Below are positions 9,701 to 20,600 of a stretch of 60,277 bases of DNA, piece after piece; positions within the stretch are counted from its first letter, which is position 1, and each line of letters opens with the position of its first letter. Position numbers and translations under genes: made by a program. The notes below the pieces were generated by a model. That model was not told the origin of the DNA and did not search any database. It worked only from the letters and a program-made list of their open reading frames with translations. The DNA is taken from IMG/VR virus record IMGVR_UViG_3300012231_000011, positions 1 through 60,277 of that record; one strand, 5' to 3'. The DNA is from a virus. Taxonomy: Duplodnaviria; Caudoviricetes.

Positions 9701-10762
9701 ATGCGGCTATTGCTCTATAGCGACAGTCACTACTTGGACGAGCCAGCTGCGGCCCCTGGAGTCGAGCCTCGACTCACGTTCCTGACGAAGACGTTCCAGT
9801 GGATCGCGAAGAAGATCATGAAGCACAGCCCGAAGGCTGTCTTCAATCTCGGCGACACGAACAACCAGCAGGGCTCGGTGTCGATCCAGGCCCTGCATAC
9901 GATGTGTACCGCGATCCACGACATCACGCATGCGTGCTCCGTCGTGAAGGCGCTCCACGTCGCACTCGCTGGGAACCACGACCAGGGGACGCTGGATGGA
10001 AACGCCAACATCCTGCCGGCGTTCGGTCGCATGGGGATGTGCCTTGTCGAGCGCTACCACCTCCTCGAATCGATGCGCGTCGTCTGCATCGCGCATACGA
10101 GTGATCCCGAGGCGTTCAAGAACAGTGTGATCGCGGCTCGTGCTGGCGGCGCCAAGTACGCCATGATCCACCAGCCCGTGAATGGCATCCTGTGGCGACC
10201 GGGCCAGCCGGACGACGGTGGAGTCGACATCGAGCTGTTCAAGGACTTCGACTTCACCTTTGGTGGTCACTATCACCACCCGCAGTACCGCAAGCGCGAC
10301 CGCTTCGCGATCGTCGGGTCGTCCTGCTACTTCAACTTCAACGATCACGCGACGACTCGTCCGCGTGGCGTCGTGCTCTTCGACACCAAGACGGGCGTGC
10401 CGGAGTGGCTACCCAACCCCCACACGCCGATCCGCCACACGCTGCAGGTGACGAAGTCAGAGGCGGTGCTGGATTGGCTGACGTGCGGCATCGTGGCCGA
10501 GAAGCACTACCCGCGGCTGATCCTCAAGGTGAAGTGCGAGACCTCGAAGGTCAAGCGCAACGTCGAGAAGAAGCTCAAGGACTACCCACTTGCGAAGCTG
10601 ATCGTGCGCGACATGTCGGAGGGGACGGAGACTGCGCACGAGCGGGATGTGGTGCTCGACGCTCCGGAGTCTGCGATTCGTTCCTTCGTGCGCGATGCGA
10701 AGACGGAGTTGGACCGGTCGCGCCTCGTCGAGACGGGGCTGCGTGCTGTCGGCAATGGATAG
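9701..10762 (+). CDS. sbcD: Mre11/SbcD-like nuclease (gp47-like)
   Basis: Metallophosphoesterase motifs SDSH, LGD, GNHD, IHQ, GHYH; upstream of an SbcC ATPase. Confidence 0.9.
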   Translation: MRLLLYSDSHYLDEPAAAPGVEPRLTFLTKTFQWIAKKIMKHSPKAVFNLGDTNNQQGSVSIQALHTMCTAIHDITHACSVVKALHVALAGNHDQGTLDGNANILPAFGRMGMCLVERYHLLESMRVVCIAHTSDPEAFKNSVIAARAGGAKYAMIHQPVNGILWRPGQPDDGGVDIELFKDFDFTFGGHYHHPQYRKRDRFAIVGSSCYFNFNDHATTRPRGVVLFDTKTGVPEWLPNPHTPIRHTLQVTKSEAVLDWLTCGIVAEKHYPRLILKVKCETSKVKRNVEKKLKDYPLAKLIVRDMSEGTETAHERDVVLDAPESAIRSFVRDAKTELDRSRLVETGLRAVGNG

Positions 10763-10770
10763 GAGGAGTC

Positions 10771-12594
10771 GTGCAGCTCATCTGGATGGAGCAGTCCAAC
10801 TTCGGACTGATCGGTCGCGCAGAGGTCTCATTCGTGGGTCGTGGTCTTGTCCTCATCGATGGCCGCAATCTCGATGCGCCTGATCGAGGATCGAATGCGT
10901 CGGGCAAGACGAGCTTCATTCCGGATGCCTTGTCGTGGTGCCTCTTCGGCAAGACGACAGGAGGTGTGGCCGGCGACGACGTGGTCCGCGCTGGCTCGGA
11001 GGATGGGACCTACGTCACGGTCAAGCTGCGGGTCATGGGCGCGACATACCAGATCGTGCGCTACCGCAAGCATCCGACGCAGCACAACCGCGTGCTACTG
11101 CGCCGCCTCGATCCAGATAAGGACCTGACCTGCTCGACGAACCCCGAGACCGAGAAGAAGATCCAGAGGACGCTCGGCGTGCAGTTCGACGTGTGGGTGT
11201 ACGCCATCGTCCTAGGGCAGGGTCTCGCCTACCGCTTCTCGTCGCTGCGTGATCAGCAGCGGGCGACCCTGCTGGAGACGCTGATCGCGGTCACGGACTT
11301 CGACCGAGCGCGTGAGGCTGCACGATCCGAGGCAGGCGCGATCCTTCTCGACCTCGCGAGCTGCGATGGGCAGATCGAGGAGCTGGAGCGCACCGTCGCG
11401 AACGACGAGGTCCTGGCGAAGAAGATCGCGGGACAGATCGAGGCGGCATCCAAGGCTGCGCCGCCCGAGGTTGATGACGGTCGAGTTGCTGCCCTGCGCA
11501 AGGAGCTCGAAGAGGTCGACCAGCGCGTCGTCGAGCTACACGCGCGCATCGCCGACCGTACCCAGTTGCTCGATGATCTCGGGAACAAGAAGGACTCGGC
11601 GCAGCGCGAGTACGACAAGGCGGAGGCAGCGATCCGCGCGGAGAAGCGGGAGATCGAGCGGCTGCGTGGACTCAGCGAGTCGGCACGAGAGGGTACCTGC
11701 GGAACCTGTGGTCAGCCCGTCGCAGCGAAGCGATCGCGCGAGCTGATCGACGATTGGGAGAAGCACACGAAGGCCGCGGGCGACCGCCTTGAGGCCGCGC
11801 GCGCTCTCGTCGCGGGAGCATCCGAAGAGCTCATCTACCTGCAGGAGCAGCTGCCAGCTGCGCAGAAGCGCCTCGCAGCATCGGAGCAGGCGCACGAGCT
11901 CAAGAAGGAGCAGCGGGCGCAGCTGCGTGCACAGATCACCGAGGCCGAGAAGGCTCAGCAGGTGCCGACGCTGCTGGGCACGCTGAAAGCTCGACTGAGT
12001 GAGTGCAAGCAGGAAGCCCTGTCGCACCTGCAGCGCCTCGAAGAGGCCCGCTCCATTCGTGCGACCGTCACCGAGAACCACGCCTACTCGGAGTTCTGGG
12101 TGGGCGGCTTCCAGTCGTTGCGGCTGGGGATGCTGCGCAAGGTCGTCGCGTTTCTGTCCGAGCGGCTGCAGGCCTACGTCCTCGACCTCTCGGGCGGCAC
12201 GCTCACGGCGAAGGTGACGCTGAACGAGAAGAGGGTCTCGTCGGGAATCGGTCTCGAAGTAGCGCTCGACATCTCGACCATGAGTGGCGCCTACGCGCCG
12301 TCGGGTGGAGAGCGTGACCGCATCGACCTCGCGCTCGCGTTCGCGCTGCACGACGTGGCGATGACGACCAGCGGGTTCTCATCGAACGTGCTGGTGGCGG
12401 ATGAGGTGGGAGGGTTCATCGATCCGCCAGGGGTCGCCCGTGCACTCAGCCTGCTGCGCCGCAAGGCCGAGAAGCTCGACGCAGTGTTCGTGATCTCGCA
12501 GAACCCGGAGTTCAAGTCGTTCAGTTACGACCAGCGGATCTTGGTGACGCGGAAGGGCGGAGTGTCGACGGTGACACAGCAGGGGAGTCGCTGA
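10771..12594 (+). CDS. sbcC: Rad50/SbcC-like ATPase (gp46-like)
   Basis: GTG start after AGGAGGAG; Walker A NASGKTS, Q-loop LGQG, Zn hook CGTCGQ, signature SGGE, Walker B LVADE. Confidence 0.92.
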   Translation: MQLIWMEQSNFGLIGRAEVSFVGRGLVLIDGRNLDAPDRGSNASGKTSFIPDALSWCLFGKTTGGVAGDDVVRAGSEDGTYVTVKLRVMGATYQIVRYRKHPTQHNRVLLRRLDPDKDLTCSTNPETEKKIQRTLGVQFDVWVYAIVLGQGLAYRFSSLRDQQRATLLETLIAVTDFDRAREAARSEAGAILLDLASCDGQIEELERTVANDEVLAKKIAGQIEAASKAAPPEVDDGRVAALRKELEEVDQRVVELHARIADRTQLLDDLGNKKDSAQREYDKAEAAIRAEKREIERLRGLSESAREGTCGTCGQPVAAKRSRELIDDWEKHTKAAGDRLEAARALVAGASEELIYLQEQLPAAQKRLAASEQAHELKKEQRAQLRAQITEAEKAQQVPTLLGTLKARLSECKQEALSHLQRLEEARSIRATVTENHAYSEFWVGGFQSLRLGMLRKVVAFLSERLQAYVLDLSGGTLTAKVTLNEKRVSSGIGLEVALDISTMSGAYAPSGGERDRIDLALAFALHDVAMTTSGFSSNVLVADEVGGFIDPPGVARALSLLRRKAEKLDAVFVISQNPEFKSFSYDQRILVTRKGGVSTVTQQGSR

Positions 12595-14114
12595 TGGGTC
12601 CTCGGTTCTACGTGATTCCTTGGGCTGCAGTGAGCCTGAACGACGCCTATGCCACGCGGTGGGGGCAGGCGCGGCGCTTCCTGGTGCCGACGTTCAAGCG
12701 CTTCAAGGAGCTCGTGACCGAGGTCCTGATCGAGCAGGACGGCGGCCAGCCGCCGAAGCACGACACGTATCGCTGTGAGTACTTGTTCCTCTATCAGGAG
12801 GCCGAGCTCTTCTCGGATGCGCAGCCGCAGCAGCGGAGGAAGCTGCAGGCGGATCCTGTGTATGCCTCGATCGACATCTCGAACCTCTTCAAGATGACCG
12901 AGGATGCACTCTTCGCGCATCTGAACGGTGGATGGGACCACCGCGTCACCGACTTGATCGGCCGCAAGCGCTGCGTCAAGACCCTGCCGGCACCAATCGA
13001 GCGATATACCGACGATGTTCTTGGGCGACTTCCTGCCGGCAACATCTTGATTCGCATCGAGGAATCTGCTGGCATGCTGCTGTCGGCGGATGACGTGGCC
13101 TACCGCCGCTTCGAGCCTGCCCTGGGCGGGGCAGAGCTTCTGTCCAAACGGGAGGGGAAGCCGAAGATGCTGCTGCTGCCGGAGTATCTGGAGCTGCCGA
13201 CTACGGACTTCGGGTCCGTTCGGGTCGATCCGGTGGACGACTATCGGAGGTGGGCAGAGGCGACGACGGACCGGGCACGCTTCCGCGTGCTGCGCGACAT
13301 GGCGAGGAGCCGCGTCGCATGGCTCAAGGCCTGGAAGGAGTCCCAGTCGGTCGAGAGTCTCGCGCTCAAGTTCCTGAACAAGGAGATCCTGAACGCGAGC
13401 TGGCGAGAGTTGGTGGGTTCACGTCCGCAGCGGGACGAGGTGAAGCTGCCGAAGGTGCAGGCGTTCAATCGTTCCTGGGCGTGGGTCTACGATTCGTTGC
13501 GGCGGGAGTGCACGACGAGCTCGATGCTGCGGATCGGTCAGCTGCTCAAGTTGTCGGAGAGTCTGGGGACGGGCAAGAAGATTGCGATCGTCGGATCTGG
13601 TGGCGGAACCTGGATCTACCCATTCGCGGCGCACAACCATCGAGTGACGGCCTTTGAATTCGCGGACTCGCCGTTGCTCAAGTGCGCCAAGCGAAGGAAC
13701 GCGCAGAACTTCCTTCATGCGTCCTTCGTCGACTGGGATTACGACCGTGACCGATCGCCTGCCACCTCAGACACCTTTGATGGCTTTGACTGCGTCGTGT
13801 GTCTGGATGTGATTGACCGTCTCCCGAACGCGGAGCTCCTGCTGCAAGGCATGACCCGCGTTCGGCGAGACCTTCTCATCGTGTCCTTCACGTTCAAGGA
13901 TCGGCGCGGGAAGGCAGTCCGTCGGCTTCGTCCGTGGGTGTACACGTCGTGGGACGGCATCGCGGATGCGAAGGTTCATGTACGGAAGCAGCTGATGCGC
14001 AAGTTGGCCAATCACTCCTTCGAGCTCGTGAAGGGATCGACTTGGGCGAAGGACCTCCTCCCACTCGTCCCGGCGGAGGGCAAGCGTGGACGCAAGGACA
14101 AGAGCGAAGTATGA
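12594..14114 (+). CDS. Protein with C-terminal class I SAM-dependent methyltransferase domain
   Basis: IAIVGSGGGTW (motif I), VTAFEF, FDCVVCLDVIDRL; N-terminal half not recognised. Confidence 0.6.
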   Translation: MGPRFYVIPWAAVSLNDAYATRWGQARRFLVPTFKRFKELVTEVLIEQDGGQPPKHDTYRCEYLFLYQEAELFSDAQPQQRRKLQADPVYASIDISNLFKMTEDALFAHLNGGWDHRVTDLIGRKRCVKTLPAPIERYTDDVLGRLPAGNILIRIEESAGMLLSADDVAYRRFEPALGGAELLSKREGKPKMLLLPEYLELPTTDFGSVRVDPVDDYRRWAEATTDRARFRVLRDMARSRVAWLKAWKESQSVESLALKFLNKEILNASWRELVGSRPQRDEVKLPKVQAFNRSWAWVYDSLRRECTTSSMLRIGQLLKLSESLGTGKKIAIVGSGGGTWIYPFAAHNHRVTAFEFADSPLLKCAKRRNAQNFLHASFVDWDYDRDRSPATSDTFDGFDCVVCLDVIDRLPNAELLLQGMTRVRRDLLIVSFTFKDRRGKAVRRLRPWVYTSWDGIADAKVHVRKQLMRKLANHSFELVKGSTWAKDLLPLVPAEGKRGRKDKSEV

Positions 14115-14784
14115 CCGCGCAGGTGCGCTGCGCGCCGTCCGTCAGTGGATGCGGACCAACAACCAGCAGTGGCTGCACCGTGCTTTCGAGCTGCTGTACC
14201 CGTTGATCGGCATCTCCCTGTTCCAGCGCTTCCGCGTGAAGGAGCAGGATGCGGACGACATCATCCAGTACGCCGCCTTGCGCTTGTGGAAGATGTTGCT
14301 GCGCCGGAAGATTCCGGCCTTCGAGACCGATGGCCATTGGAACGTGTGGACGGGTTCGACGATCTACTACATGCTCTGCAGTGGGTACATGGATCTCCGG
14401 CGTGGAGAGGTTCCCGAGAAGGTCGAAGAGAATCCGGGACAGGCGTGGCACGTGTCGCACTACGGCTCGCCGATCGACTCCGAGGACGGTGTATTCCTGC
14501 TGGAGCTGCCCGCCACCATCGAGGGACGCATCCAGAAGACGCTGCGGCTGCCGAAGTCCGAGTGGCTGGGCGTGCGCTACGTGTTGCGGCAGATGTTCCG
14601 CGGCAAGTTGCCGGTTCCCTACTTCATCGAGCATGCGTTGGGGGTCGCACGTGGGCGCGTGCAGTTCATCATCGACTACGTGACGGTACGTATTCGCATG
14701 GAGCTGCACCGCATCTACACAGAGGACTTGGGAGACATGCGCAGTCATCCATTGGCAATGGTGATTCGCAGTGAGGAGCTCTGA
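14086..14784 (+). CDS. Second sigma-factor-like protein (putative late regulator)
   Basis: Region-2-like EQDADDIIQYAALRLW; upstream of the packaging genes. Confidence 0.45.
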   Translation: MDARTRAKYDRAGALRAVRQWMRTNNQQWLHRAFELLYPLIGISLFQRFRVKEQDADDIIQYAALRLWKMLLRRKIPAFETDGHWNVWTGSTIYYMLCSGYMDLRRGEVPEKVEENPGQAWHVSHYGSPIDSEDGVFLLELPATIEGRIQKTLRLPKSEWLGVRYVLRQMFRGKLPVPYFIEHALGVARGRVQFIIDYVTVRIRMELHRIYTEDLGDMRSHPLAMVIRSEEL

Positions 14785-15130
14785 GCGTACTCCGAAGCTG
14801 GTGGACTTCTCAGGATTGAATCGCGCGGACGTGTTCTACGTCGCGCTGCTGCATGTCGCAGAGGACTCGTTGCTGCCTGAGATCCGTCAGATCTTCGGTG
14901 ACGAGGCGACGTTGAAGTTCATCCAGATCTTCGAGGGGATGACGATCAAGGTTCCCACTGAAAGCCAGATCACTCGCGGACTGAAGGACGCGGAGGTCTA
15001 TCTGGCACTACGGAAGATCCGCCGCTCCGATCCCGTCCTGGTGAAGCGGGCAGCTGGTGAGCATGGGTACACGCCTGAAGAGGCGCTGTCTGTGTACCGG
15101 CGGATTCGTGCGATTGTGAGGCGCCTATGA
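14771..15130 (+). CDS. Mor-like transcription regulator
   Basis: IRQIFGDEATLKFIQIFEGMTIKVP matches the Mor pattern; C-terminal HTH-like segment. Confidence 0.55.
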   Translation: MRSSERTPKLVDFSGLNRADVFYVALLHVAEDSLLPEIRQIFGDEATLKFIQIFEGMTIKVPTESQITRGLKDAEVYLALRKIRRSDPVLVKRAAGEHGYTPEEALSVYRRIRAIVRRL

Positions 15131-15711
15131 AGAAGGTTCGTGATCCGTCTGCAGAGTGGTCCAACCTCCTCGGGAAGTCGGACAAGGCGAAGCGGGACAA
15201 GAAGGTCGACATCCTTCCCGCCAAGGTCGATGCCGCAGCGATGACGATGGAGGACCATCTACTCACTGACGTGCTCGACTGGGCGGCCAAAGACTCGCAT
15301 CTCACGCGCGAGCAGTATGCCAAGCTGCGTGAGTCGATGAAGGAGAATGCGGCGCGCTTCGAGGTGGCGATCGTGATGCTGGCACGTCGCCGCCTGCATC
15401 GACTCGGTTCGATCATGGATCGAATGGACGAGTTGCAGGACGAGCTCGCCAGTCCAGCCCGCCTCCAGAACTCACGTACGGAGGACATCGCCCAGGTGCT
15501 CGACTCCCTCACTCGATACATGGAGTCGACGATGAAGCTGCTCGCGGACGTGCGTGACCGTGGGATCCCGGCGTTCGTGCTGGAGTCCCCAACGGTCGAG
15601 GCCGCGCTGTCGGACGCCGTGTCATCCGCGAAGCCTACGCAGCGAGAAGACTTGCGTTCGCTTCTTCAGAGGGTCCATTCCTCATTGAAGCGAGCCAAGC
15701 CGAAAGACTGA
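15127..15711 (+). CDS. Putative terminase small subunit
   Basis: Helical 194-aa ORF directly upstream of TerL; call is positional only. Confidence 0.4.
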   Translation: MKKVRDPSAEWSNLLGKSDKAKRDKKVDILPAKVDAAAMTMEDHLLTDVLDWAAKDSHLTREQYAKLRESMKENAARFEVAIVMLARRRLHRLGSIMDRMDELQDELASPARLQNSRTEDIAQVLDSLTRYMESTMKLLADVRDRGIPAFVLESPTVEAALSDAVSSAKPTQREDLRSLLQRVHSSLKRAKPKD

Positions 15712-15715
15712 GGTC

Positions 15716-17668
15716 ATGGCTACGAAGATCGAGCGGTTTGCTACGCGTGTACTCGACGAGTTGGGTGACGATTACCGAAAGACATACGAGTCCCTGCCGT
15801 TTGAGGAGCAGAAGCTCGTCCGTCGAGTCCTGCGGGAGTGGCGCAAGCGCGGCGACTCGCCGACGCTCGATGCGCTCTGGTCGCTCGACTACGAACGCAG
15901 GCCGCCAACGATCGAGGAGTTCCTGAACGATCCGCAGTACCTGCACAAGGATGTGTCCGCTGCCATCTTTCCTGTGTGGCGCAAGGACCTCCTCGAAGTG
16001 TTCGCGCCGCACAAGCAGATCAACGACTGGGTGATGACTGGGTGCATTGGTGGTGGCAAGACGAATACGTCGGCGCTCGCCATCTGCTACATCCTCGCGC
16101 GCCTGCTCTGCCTGCGCAGCCCGCAGAAGTTCTACAGCCTCGATCCGAATCAGCTGATCGCATTCGGTCTGTTCGCGCCGCTGAAGCTGAAGGTCGAAAC
16201 GACCAGTTTCGCTGCGGTGGCGAGCAAGATGCTGGACAGCCCGTTCTTCACGAAGGTGTACCCGCGCGATCCGGACTTCACTACGACGATCCGCCTTCCG
16301 AAGAACATCCGTCTCGTTACGGGATCGAGTGACATCCACGCGCTCGGCGAGTCTATCTTCGTGGTCGCGATCGACGAGGCGGACTTCATGAAGGTCGGGG
16401 CCACGGCCGAGGAGCGTGGTCAGGCCTACAAGATTCATGATGCTACTCATCGCCGCATGGTGTCGCGCTTCCTGAAGGATGGCCGCCTCCCCGGCATGAG
16501 CTTCCTCATCTCGTCGAAGCGTGCGAAGGACGACTACGTCGAGCAATTCATCGAGCAGAACCGGACCAATGGTCACGTCAAGGTTTCTGACTTCGCGCTT
16601 TGGGATGTGAAGCCTGACGATTACTCCAAGCGCACCTTCTCAGTCATGGTGGGTGACCAGACGCACGCGTCGCGCATCATCACCGAGGATGATGCTGTGC
16701 CTGTTCCGGCGGATCAGCGTGCTCCTCCTGGTTTCGACGTGATCCATCCACCGATCGACTTCCTGCCAGACTTCAAGCGTTCATTGGAGGACTCCATCCG
16801 CGACATCGGCGGCCACGAAGTGTGGGGCGCGTCGAAGTTCATCAGTGATCGTGAGGGAATGATCGCGTGCGTCGATCCTGATCGGCAGCATCCGTTCTCT
16901 CGCGAAGAGATCACCATCGACATCAAGACGGATGTGACGATCGAGGACTTCCTGCTTCATTCGAAGATCTTCGAGACGAAGCTGTCGAAGCGGCGCCTGC
17001 GTGTCCGTCCCGAAGAGGGCCGGTTCATTCACGGAGACCTCGCGGTGTCTGGCGACTGTGCCGGACTCGCGATGGGTCATGCCGGTCCTCCGATCGAGAT
17101 CGTGCGGCGCAACCAGGACGGGGCAGCTTACAACGTGCTGGTGCCTGTTGTGTACATCGACTTCATGGTTCGCATCCGGCCTCCGGTTGGAAGCCAGATC
17201 GAGCTTGGGAAGATCCGGCAGTTCATTGCGATGCTGACTGCGTACGGAGTGCAGATCAAGAAGATCACCTTCGACGGTTGGGGCAGCGTCGACATGATTC
17301 AGATCCTGCAGAAGCAGGGCTATGAGTCAGATGTCCTGTCGGTGGACAAGGATGAAAAGGCGTACTCGTCGTTGCGTCAGGCTGCCTTCGAGCGGCGACT
17401 CTCGTTCTATGAGTACAAGCCGTACATCAAGGAAGTCCTGGATCTCTTCCAGGACCCGAAGACCCGCAAGGTCGACCATCCACTCAAGGGCAGCAAGGAT
17501 GTGTCGGACGCGGTTGCAGGTGTCTGCTGGAATGTGATGGTGGAGGAGGAAGTGCTGCGCGCGGCCCCGAAGCCGAAGAAGGTCGACCCGCGCAAGCCGG
17601 AGCCACAGCCAGACGACATCGGTTGGCTGCTCGATCGCAACTCTAGGCGTATCGTGGGGATTGGCTAA
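15716..17668 (+). CDS. terL: Terminase large subunit
   Basis: Walker A GCIGGGKT, Walker B VAIDEAD, LISS; nuclease HGDLAVSGDCAG, ITFDGW, KVDHP..GSKDVSDAVAG; precedes portal. Confidence 0.9.
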   Translation: MATKIERFATRVLDELGDDYRKTYESLPFEEQKLVRRVLREWRKRGDSPTLDALWSLDYERRPPTIEEFLNDPQYLHKDVSAAIFPVWRKDLLEVFAPHKQINDWVMTGCIGGGKTNTSALAICYILARLLCLRSPQKFYSLDPNQLIAFGLFAPLKLKVETTSFAAVASKMLDSPFFTKVYPRDPDFTTTIRLPKNIRLVTGSSDIHALGESIFVVAIDEADFMKVGATAEERGQAYKIHDATHRRMVSRFLKDGRLPGMSFLISSKRAKDDYVEQFIEQNRTNGHVKVSDFALWDVKPDDYSKRTFSVMVGDQTHASRIITEDDAVPVPADQRAPPGFDVIHPPIDFLPDFKRSLEDSIRDIGGHEVWGASKFISDREGMIACVDPDRQHPFSREEITIDIKTDVTIEDFLLHSKIFETKLSKRRLRVRPEEGRFIHGDLAVSGDCAGLAMGHAGPPIEIVRRNQDGAAYNVLVPVVYIDFMVRIRPPVGSQIELGKIRQFIAMLTAYGVQIKKITFDGWGSVDMIQILQKQGYESDVLSVDKDEKAYSSLRQAAFERRLSFYEYKPYIKEVLDLFQDPKTRKVDHPLKGSKDVSDAVAGVCWNVMVEEEVLRAAPKPKKVDPRKPEPQPDDIGWLLDRNSRRIVGIG

Positions 17669-20600
17669 TGCCTTCCAACTCTGTACCGGTCGTAGATGCG
17701 AGTCCTGAGTACATCCGCGGTCTCAGCCCCGAGCAGCGTGACTTGCTGCTCGGGCGCAAGGCCATGTTGGAGGGCGACTACTTCTCCGAGCGCATCTTCG
17801 GAGAGCCGTCCTCCTACCTGCCGACGCGGCGCGCGCTGCGTTCTCTCTTCGGTCAAGACGGAGAGGCGACGCCCGAGCCACCATTCGATATGGGCCCGGA
17901 GCAGATGTTCGGTCGGACCTACTCGTGGTACGACTCGCAGCTCCAGTTCGAGAACTCCCGCGGGGCTGTCTATCGGCTCGTGCAGGAGATGGCGCAGTAC
18001 GGCCTCATCTCTTGCTTCACCGGCGACACGAAAGTATCCCTCCTCGACGGCCGAGAGGTCTCGCTGGCGGATCTTTCTGTCGAGTATGGAGACGGCTCTC
18101 CGTTTTGGGTGTATTCGTACGATCGGTCGAAGGGGTGCATGGCGCCGGGATTGGCGCACTCCCCACGGCGTACCGGTAAGTCGGTGCCCGTGTACAAGGT
18201 CACCCTGGATAATGGGGAGAGCGTACGCTGTACGCCCGAGCATCTCTGGTTGCTCCGGACTGGGGAGTACTGTCGAGCTGCACAACTCACCCCAGGCACG
18301 AGCTTGATGCCTTTGTATCGCAAGACTGATCCACACGGCTACGAGAAGCACTGCGTCGGAGATCGGTGGTATTGGACGCACGTCCACGTGACGCGCCAGA
18401 TGGTTGGAGCGTATGCACCTGACTTGGTGGTTCACCACAAGTCGTTCGACAAGCTGAATAATGCTCCGGACCAACTGCAACTCTTGACCTCGTCGGAGCA
18501 CAGCTCTTTGCACGGGAGGGTTGCGTCCGGTGTGATGCGGAGACTCTGGCAGGATCCGAAGTTTCGGAAGAAGACGCGACACGTTCAACGTGCGAACATG
18601 ATTCACTTGAACGAACGCCTCTGGAAGGATCCCGCATTCCGCGCTCGGCAGCAAAAGCGTGCGGCTCGGCACGCCCGTGCCTTGATGCGCGAGCTTTGGG
18701 CTACGCCTGAGTGGCGGAGCAAGCGGTTGAGCGTGATGCGCAGCCCGGAGAGCAAGGCGAAGTCTGGCGATCGGCTCCGTATGCTTTGGAAGGATCGGGA
18801 CTTCGCTGACAAGGTCAAGGCGATTGCTCGCATCAACGTGAAGCACATGAATGCTGTGCGCGTACCGCGGCGAGGCCAGCAGCATGAGCGGTACATTTCT
18901 GGGGTTACGGTGGAGACGGTTTCCGCCGTCATCCGAGAGGGAATCCACGCCCAGATCGATGTAGCCCGGGCTCTTGGTTGTTCAACGCTTACCCTCCAGC
19001 GTCGGCTTCGTGGGTTCGGTACGACGTTTAGTGCGCTGACTAAGAAGCTGACCGGCTTGGATGGTCACCAGCGACATATGCGCTCACTTCAGGCGCGTGG
19101 CTTGGCGCATGTGAACCACAAGGTCGTCTCTGTCGAGCTGGACGGCGTTGCTGATGTGTACGACTTGACTGTCAGCAAGCACCACAACTTCGCACTCAGT
19201 GCTGGGGTGTTTGTACACAACTCTGTGCTCGATGCCTACGCCGAGGATGCGACTCAGTTCGACTACGACAAGGGTCGCGTCTTCTGGATCGAGTCTGACA
19301 ACCGTGAGATCCGCGACGAACTCACGCGCATGATTGACCGCGTACAGCTGGAGGATCGTGCCTTCTCGATGGCGCGCGGCCTCGCTCTGTTCGGGGATCA
19401 CTTCGAGCAGCTGGTGTACAGCCAGGGCGAGGGCGTCCTGGCGCTGCGCTATGTGCATCCGAGCCGCCTCACGCGCATCGAGGACAAGTACGGCAAGCTG
19501 CGCGGATTCGCGGTGGGCCTCTACGAGGACTCCGAGCTCACCGAGGAGAAGATCGAGAAGCTCAAGCTCTCCCACCCGTACGAGTTCCTCCACTTCCGTC
19601 GTCTCGGCTCGCGGCGCTTCGGTGCGCACGGCGAGTCGATGATCCTCGGCGCACGCCGCAGCTGGATGCAGCTCAAGATCATGGAAGATTCCATGATTCT
19701 CTACCGGCTCAATCGAGCTCCGGATCGTCTCGTGTGGTACATCGACGTGGGCACGCAGGGTCCAGACGACCAGCGCCGCACGATCGAGTACTGGCGGCAG
19801 GCGTACCGCAAGCGCATGTACCTGAATACTGGCACCGGCATCCTGCGCCAGGAGTGGTCGCCTCTGACGGCTGAGGAGGATCTGTTCTTCCCGGTCCCGA
19901 AGGGCACCAACTCGCGCATCGAGAAGCTGCCGGGCTGCTTCACTGGAGACACGAAGATCAAGTTGTTGTCTGGGAAGAGCGCCACGTTGGAGGATCTTGC
20001 GTCGTCCGCTTCAAAGGCGGAGTTCTACGTCTACTCCTGTGACTCTCGTGGGCATATCGTGCCTGGACGTGGACACTCGCCACGGATCACTAAGTCGGTA
20101 ACCGACCTTGTCGACGTGACGTTGGACAACGGCGAGACCGTACGCTGCACGCCTGATCATCGTTGGATGCTGCGGGATGGTACGTACTGTGTCGCGGCTG
20201 AGCTGACGGCTGGGGCGTCATTGATGCCGCTCTACACCCGCGACAACCGCCACGAGAAACTCGAAGGCTATGAGCAGGTCTACGATCCTGGCTTTGATCG
20301 TTGGCGGTTCACGCATCGAGTTGTTGGTACCTGGAAGTACGGTGACAAGTACACCGGAAATCAGCATGGCGCGGGCATTATCCACCATGCTGGCCGTACT
20401 TCGTCGGGGGCGTTCGACAAGAAGAACAACGACCCGGCCAACTTGATGCTGATGCCGAAGCAGGCGCATCTCGATCTGCATATTGCTGCCGCTAGCGACT
20501 GGCGGGATAGCCACCCCGAAGAGGCCGCCCGCATTCTGTCTCGGGCGCAGGCGGCAAGCGTGACGGTGGAGGCGCGTCAGCGGAAGTCACAGGCTCTCCG

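Noticed and set aside
10192-10770. N-terminal extension of the 800-aa SbcC ORF (likewise 3934-4179 and 58532-58690)
   Set aside because: It overlaps a real upstream gene in another frame, and SD-preceded downstream starts fit better.
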